Positions 58,526 to 64,000 of a stretch of 64,000 bases of DNA are shown in pieces. The stretch covers positions 430 to 64,429 of the forward strand of contig JBAXBA010000005.1 in the NCBI GenBank assembly GCA_037142195.1, in the 5' to 3' direction. The notes under the pieces were generated by a model. The model had not been told where the DNA came from. It worked only from the letters and a program-made list of their open reading frames with translations, and made no database searches. The first letter of the stretch is position 1, and the number at the start of each line of letters is the position of its first letter. This DNA comes from Pseudomonadota bacterium (lineage in GTDB: Bacteria > Bdellovibrionota_B > Oligoflexia > Oligoflexales > CAIMVM01). The translations under genes and the position numbers were made by a program.

Positions 58526-61500
58526 ATGAAAGAGCAACATTACAGATGGGATCATCCTACATCGCAACATCTGGATGATCCGCGTGAAGACCAGCGCGAC
58601 GCATGTGGCGTCGGTTTTATTGCAAATATGACGGGGAAGAAGTCCCATAAAACCCTTCAAGATGGCCTAGAAATCCTTTGCAATATGGATCATCGCGGAG
58701 GAATAGCAGCGGACAATCAAACCAGTGATGGTTCAGGAATTCTTATTCAGATACCCCATGGAATTCTAAAGGCAGAAGCTGAGGGGATGGGGCGTTCCTT
58801 GCCTGAAGCAGGTTCCTATGCTCTGGGGATGATGTTTCTTCCTGGGGAAGCTGAGGAAGTCATCTATTGGAAGACGTTCCTTGCAAATCTCTGCAGCAAA
58901 TTTCATTTAGAGGTTTTATTTTTTAGGGATGTTCCCGTCGCTAGCGAGACCCTAGGGCCTATTGCTAAAGCTACGGAACCAGAAGTGACACAATGCGTAG
59001 TTTTAGATCGCCCTCAGGCTTTCTCTTCAAAGAGTCTCGAATGGCGTCTTTACCTCCTTCGAAAGCACATGGAGGCTGAGGGAGTCCTTAGATACGGCAT
59101 CAAGCAAAGGCGATTTTATGTGGCGAGTCTATCGCTAGATTCTGTTTGCTATAAAGGCTTGGTTCAGGCGAAGGATCTCGCCAACTATTTCCTAGATCTC
59201 AAGGATGCGAGATTTGAGACAGCATTTGCTATGGTGCATCAAAGATTTAGCACCAACACCTTGCCATCGTGGCCCTTAGCGCAGCCGTTTCGGATGATTT
59301 CCCATAATGGGGAAATCAATACTCTTCGTGGCAATATCAACGCCATGCAAGCGAGAAGTTTTCTATTTGAAAATGAAAGTTTGCTCGAGGATTTTCAGTC
59401 GCTAGGCCCAGTGTGTTTGCCGGGAATGAGTGATTCTTCGATGCTTGATAATGCCGCGGAATTTCTAGTAGCGACGGGGCGACCTTTAGCTCAGGTTTTA
59501 TCCATGCTGATTCCAGAACCCTGGGAGCAGAACTCAGAAATGGAATCCGATCTAAAAGACTACTATGAATATCATTCCTACGTTATGGAGCCCTGGGACG
59601 GACCAGCATTTGTTGGTTTTTGTCATGGCCACGAAATTGGTGCCATTTTAGATCGCAATGGTCTAAGGCCTGGAAGATATTGGATCACTCGCGATGGTTT
59701 CGTTGTTATGGCTTCAGAAGTCGGCGTTCTTCCTAGGAAGCCAGAAGAAATATTGGAACGAGGACGGCTTAGGCCAGGTTCCATGTTTCTCCTAAACATG
59801 AAGTCAGGCACCATCGTCCCGGATGCGACCATCAAGAAAGAACTTTCGGCATTTAGGCCCTATGGAGCCTGGTTGGAACAAAAACGCATACATTTAGATG
59901 ATTTGCCTCTAGCTAAACGTCAAGAGAGAGAAAGGGATTCTGACTCCACAAGCCAGCAAAAACTCGTTTCTTTTGGCTATTCCAAAGAGGATCTTCGCTT
60001 GATCCTTGCTCCCATGGCTAATCAAGGAAAGGAGCCCATCGGCTCAATGGGAAACGATGCTCCTCTAGCGATTCTTTCGCAAAAGAGGCCTCTTCTCTAT
60101 AACTATTTTAAACAACTTTTTGCGCAAGTTACCAACCCTCCCATAGACGCATTGAGGGAGAAGTTAGTGACTTCTCTTTCTGTACATCTTGGGGCAGAGT
60201 CTAACCTCCTAGAATCCACTCCTAAGCATTGCGCTGTTCTTAAGATGTCTCAACCGATACTAACAAGCTTGGATCTATTAAGAATAGAGCAGTCGGGCTT
60301 GCCTTATTTAAGATCCGTTAGAATTTCTACAACTTATTTGATCGATGGCAACTCTTTAGAACTAGAGCTGGATACGTTAGCTGAGAACGTGATCCTAGCC
60401 GTAGAACGTGGGATTGCCATCATCATTTTAAGTGATTTAGATGTGGGCCCTAGTCGGGCCGCCATACCGGCACTCTTGGCAGTATCGAGTGTCCATCACG
60501 CCCTAATGAGATCCGGACATCGATCAAAATGCAGTCTCATAGTGGAGAGCGGCGAGCCGCGTGAGGTTCATCACTTTGCACTTTTAATTGGTTTTGGGGC
60601 GGCTGCCATTCACCCCTACTTAGCGCTAGAAATGGTCGCTCAAGGAGAGAAAATTTTTGGGTTTGATCCCGAAATTTGTCCCGAAAAAAGACAAATCAAC
60701 TTTATCAAAAGCATTTGCGATGGGATTTTGAAGACCATGTCAAAAATGGGAATCTCGGTCCTTCATTCCTATCGAGGCGCCCAGATCTTTGAATGTCTTG
60801 GATTGAGCCAAAACCTGATCAACCGATACTTTTCGTCGACACCTGGACGCCTCGAGGGTCTTGATCTTGAAGATATTGAAGAGGACATTAGGGCACGTCA
60901 TGGGAAAGCCTATCTAGAAGCTGTTTCCGATTCTTCTCTTTCCGATTTTTCTCTTTCCAAATCCCTGAGCCTTTCAGATAATGGAATTTATGCTTGGCGT
61001 AAAGGGGGAGAATCTCATCTCCATCGCCCGGAAATGATTGCTAGTTTGCAAAAGTCAGTACGCAGGAATAGTAGAGACGATTTTAAAGCCTTTTGCGAAA
61101 CTATTGATCGTGGATCTTCTGGACCATTGACGCTGCGAAACCTACTTTCCTTTCGTAAAATACGGGCCTCGATTCCTTTAACAGAAGTCGAAGACATCAA
61201 GTCGATTGTAAAAAGAATGGCAACTGGAGCCATGAGTTTTGGATCTATTAGCAAAGAAACCCATGAAACCATTGCCATAGCTATGAATCGAATCGGAGCT
61301 AGGAGCAACTCAGGAGAAGGCGGTGAGGACTTTAAACGATACTCGCCTGATAGCAATGGCGACAGTCGACGAAGCGCTATCAAGCAAATTGCGAGCGCAA
61401 GATTTGGAGTCACCAGTCACTACCTCACTCAGGCTGATGAATTGCAAATAAAAATTTCCCAAGGTGCTAAGCCGGGCGAGGGAGGTCAACTTCCAGGATT

Positions 61501-63151
61501 TAAAGTTGATGAAGAGATTGCTAGAGTGCGCCACAGCACACCTGGTGTGACTCTCATTTCTCCACCTCCTCATCACGACATTTACTCGATCGAAGACTTG
61601 GCACAACTCATTTATGACTTAAAGAATGCCAACTCGAAAGCTCGGATAAGTGTGAAGCTGGTAGCAGAATCAGGCGTCGGAACCATTGCAGCGGGGGTAG
61701 CAAAGGCTAAAGCAGACGTCATTTTGATAAGTGGTCACGAAGGCGGCACAGGTGCAAGCCCCCTTTCTTCCGTACATCATGCCGGGGTACCTTGGGAGCT
61801 AGGGCTTTCAGAAACCCATAGAGTTCTAGTGGAAAACCATCTTCGCGGACGTGTGGTGTTGCAGACCGATGGTCTCCTGCGAACGCCCCGAGATATCGTC
61901 ATAGCGGCCCTTTTGGGAGCAGAAGAATGGGGAATTGGAACCGGCGCCTTGCTCACTTTGGGATGTGTAATGATGAGAAAATGCCATCTCAATACATGTC
62001 CAGTAGGGATCGCCACTCAAGATCCTGAGCTCAGAAAGAAGTTCCAAGGTCAGCCAGAACACTTGATCAACTATATATTTTTAATTGCAGAGGGCGTACG
62101 CGAGCTTATGGCCGAGTTGGGTTTTTCAACTCTACAGGATATGATCGGTCGGGTCGATCTTTTGGAGAAAGATCCTTCTATAACGGACCCTCGTTTGAAA
62201 AAAATAGACTTAAGCAGCATTCTTACTCCGGCGAAAGTAAGTAATATGTCGATTGACGAAGGCAGTACCTATAATGATTTTGCCTTGGAGCGTTGTTTGG
62301 ATGCGGCCGCATTGATTCCTGCATGCCGGGAAGCCATAGAGACTCGGCGTTCTGTCGAGTTAAGCCAAAGTCTTACAAGCTTTGATCGCAGCACGGGCAC
62401 GATGCTGTCTGCGGTCATTTCCCAAAAGTGGGGTCATGGTGGTCTTCCTGATGGTACTATCAAGCTTCAGTTTGATGGCGCTGCAGGCCAAAGCTTTATG
62501 GCTTTTGGTGCCCACGGTATCACGGCTATTTTAATGGGAGAGGTTAATGATTATTGTGCGAAAGGACTCTCTGGAGCTACAGTGATTGTAAAACCTGAGA
62601 TTGGCAGTCTTGGCCAGGCAGAAGACCAAGTAATTTGTGGAAATACAGCATTGTATGGGGCGACATCAGGACACCTTTATTTAAGAGGCAAAGCCGGCGA
62701 ACGTTTTGCTGTGCGCAATAGCGGAGCTCACGCGGTTGTAGAGGGTCTTGGCGATCATGGCTGCGAATATATGACAGGTGGCACCGTGGTGGTACTCGGT
62801 GAGATTGGTCGAAATTTTGCCGCTGGTATGAGTGGCGGCTATGCTTTTGTCTACGACCAGAAAAAAGCTTCGGACCGGGCGATCAACCGTGAGCTGGTAC
62901 ACGTAGAAAAATGCCTCCAGGAAAAGGACGCGCTCTATCTAAAGAAGCAGCTCCAAAAACATTTCTCATACACAGCAAGTGCTGTTGCCGCGCGGATACT
63001 CAATAACTGGGAACAAGAACGTGCACATTTTGTTTTGGTCATACCAATAGAGTATAGGGATTTGATGGATAGACGCGAGGCCAAACAGCACCCAAAACCT
63101 TTAACCAAAACCCTAGATATTGATTACATGGGAGGTGGCATTCGTGAGTGA
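58526..63151 (+). CDS. gltB: Glutamate synthase large subunit
   Basis: Propeptide then CGVGF; HQRFSTNT, HNGEINT, EPWDGPA, QGAKPGEGGQLPG and SPPPHHDIYSIEDL; 3Fe-4S motif CVMMRKCHLNTCPVG. Confidence 0.97.
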   Translation: MKEQHYRWDHPTSQHLDDPREDQRDACGVGFIANMTGKKSHKTLQDGLEILCNMDHRGGIAADNQTSDGSGILIQIPHGILKAEAEGMGRSLPEAGSYALGMMFLPGEAEEVIYWKTFLANLCSKFHLEVLFFRDVPVASETLGPIAKATEPEVTQCVVLDRPQAFSSKSLEWRLYLLRKHMEAEGVLRYGIKQRRFYVASLSLDSVCYKGLVQAKDLANYFLDLKDARFETAFAMVHQRFSTNTLPSWPLAQPFRMISHNGEINTLRGNINAMQARSFLFENESLLEDFQSLGPVCLPGMSDSSMLDNAAEFLVATGRPLAQVLSMLIPEPWEQNSEMESDLKDYYEYHSYVMEPWDGPAFVGFCHGHEIGAILDRNGLRPGRYWITRDGFVVMASEVGVLPRKPEEILERGRLRPGSMFLLNMKSGTIVPDATIKKELSAFRPYGAWLEQKRIHLDDLPLAKRQERERDSDSTSQQKLVSFGYSKEDLRLILAPMANQGKEPIGSMGNDAPLAILSQKRPLLYNYFKQLFAQVTNPPIDALREKLVTSLSVHLGAESNLLESTPKHCAVLKMSQPILTSLDLLRIEQSGLPYLRSVRISTTYLIDGNSLELELDTLAENVILAVERGIAIIILSDLDVGPSRAAIPALLAVSSVHHALMRSGHRSKCSLIVESGEPREVHHFALLIGFGAAAIHPYLALEMVAQGEKIFGFDPEICPEKRQINFIKSICDGILKTMSKMGISVLHSYRGAQIFECLGLSQNLINRYFSSTPGRLEGLDLEDIEEDIRARHGKAYLEAVSDSSLSDFSLSKSLSLSDNGIYAWRKGGESHLHRPEMIASLQKSVRRNSRDDFKAFCETIDRGSSGPLTLRNLLSFRKIRASIPLTEVEDIKSIVKRMATGAMSFGSISKETHETIAIAMNRIGARSNSGEGGEDFKRYSPDSNGDSRRSAIKQIASARFGVTSHYLTQADELQIKISQGAKPGEGGQLPGFKVDEEIARVRHSTPGVTLISPPPHHDIYSIEDLAQLIYDLKNANSKARISVKLVAESGVGTIAAGVAKAKADVILISGHEGGTGASPLSSVHHAGVPWELGLSETHRVLVENHLRGRVVLQTDGLLRTPRDIVIAALLGAEEWGIGTGALLTLGCVMMRKCHLNTCPVGIATQDPELRKKFQGQPEHLINYIFLIAEGVRELMAELGFSTLQDMIGRVDLLEKDPSITDPRLKKIDLSSILTPAKVSNMSIDEGSTYNDFALERCLDAAALIPACREAIETRRSVELSQSLTSFDRSTGTMLSAVISQKWGHGGLPDGTIKLQFDGAAGQSFMAFGAHGITAILMGEVNDYCAKGLSGATVIVKPEIGSLGQAEDQVICGNTALYGATSGHLYLRGKAGERFAVRNSGAHAVVEGLGDHGCEYMTGGTVVVLGEIGRNFAAGMSGGYAFVYDQKKASDRAINRELVHVEKCLQEKDALYLKKQLQKHFSYTASAVAARILNNWEQERAHFVLVIPIEYRDLMDRREAKQHPKPLTKTLDIDYMGGGIRE

Positions 63152-64000
63152 AGTACAGGGGATTTTAAAAATCGATAGAAAGACTCCGGAAAAAGAATTG
63201 CCCCAACTGAGGCTGCGCCATAGTAAGGAGTTTACGACTCGCTTGTCCAGACAGCATTTGGCAGAACAAGGGTCGCGGTGTATGGACTGTGGAGTGCCTT
63301 TTTGCCACAATGCTTGTCCTCTAGGAAATGTCATTCCCGAGTGGAATCAGTTGACGTCAGAGGAAGACTATCGATCTGCGCTTGAGGCGCTTTTAGCCAC
63401 AAATAATTTTCCCGAGTTTACAGGCCGCATCTGTCCCGCCCCTTGCGAGACGGCTTGCGTTTTAGGGCTGAATGAGGATCCAGTTTCGATTGAGGCCATC
63501 GAGATGTCACTCGCCGATTTAGGATTTGAAAAAGGCTGGATTAGAGCGCAACCACCCCAGCTCCGAACAGGAAGAAAGGTGGCCGTAGTCGGAAGTGGGC
63601 CTGCTGGCCTTGCCGCTGCTCAGCAGCTAAATCGAGCTGGTCACTTGGTAACGGTTTTCGAGCGAGCAGAAAAGCCAGGCGGTCTTTTGATGTACGGAAT
63701 CCCTGAATTTAAACTCGATAAAACAAGGGTAGCTCGACGGATCGACCTCTTAAAAGAAGAAGGGATACTCTTTCGTTGCGGGGTCCACGTCGGTGTTGAT
63801 GTGACTATGGCTGAAATGGGCGAGGACTTTGACGCGACGATACTAGCATGTGGCGCGGCAAAGAAACGAGATGTGCAGATTCCAGGTCGAGAGTCAAAAG
63901 GGATTTATTTTGCGGAGCAGTTTTTAACTTCGGCAGTTATTTGGGGGTCAAGTGGGCAAGCACTTGATGGGTTAAAGATTAGTGCTGCCGGCAAGGACGT
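63144..64000 (+). CDS. gltD: Glutamate synthase small subunit, 5' part (runs off the window; absent from the ORF track)
   Basis: GGAGG RBS and GTG at 63144 overlapping the gltB stop. Manual translation gives MSEVQGILKIDRK...RCMDCGVPFCHNACPLGNVIPEWN...TNNFPEFTGRICPAPCE...VAVVGSGPAGLAAA. Confidence 0.95.
   Translation, partial: MSEVQGILKIDRKTPEKELPQLRLRHSKEFTTRLSRQHLAEQGSRCMDCGVPFCHNACPLGNVIPEWNQLTSEEDYRSALEALLATNNFPEFTGRICPAPCETACVLGLNEDPVSIEAIEMSLADLGFEKGWIRAQPPQLRTGRKVAVVGSGPAGLAAAQQLNRAGHLVTVFERAEKPGGLLMYGIPEFKLDKTRVARRIDLLKEEGILFRCGVHVGVDVTMAEMGEDFDATILACGAAKKRDVQIPGRESKGIYFAEQFLTSAVIWGSSGQALDGLKISAAGKD

Overview
Bacterial chromosomal window with no rRNA, tRNA, CRISPR array or mobile element that I can support. 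Gene content and protein families suggest a Bdellovibrionota/Oligoflexia-like organism, but this is inference only. The first ~30 kb is a surface-protein locus. Two predicted outer-membrane beta-barrel genes converge on two tandem paralogous giant lipoproteins (~2770 and 2991 aa). Each has an identical 17-domain He_PIG/Ig stalk and a Cys-rich FG-GAP/VCBS propeller head. The heads differ in number, position and nesting of small ~70-aa plug-in beta modules. The ORF track misses a decayed third paralog of this head on the + strand at ~22.3-23.5 kb. A lipocalin and a third, architecturally different giant lipoprotein (2068 aa, 7-blade FG-GAP_2 propeller) complete the locus. The rest holds a redox group (RoxA-like di-heme cytochrome, PQQ sugar dehydrogenase-cytochrome c fusion, pirin, OxyR), an ABC-F ATPase, a K+ channel/TrkA protein that seems to need an ATT start, asnB, GNAT and GFA genes, secreted proteases of three catalytic classes plus a DUF1566 protein, and a nitrogen-assimilation block (ppc, amt, gltB, partial gltD). 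All family calls come from motif recognition by eye; no database search was run.
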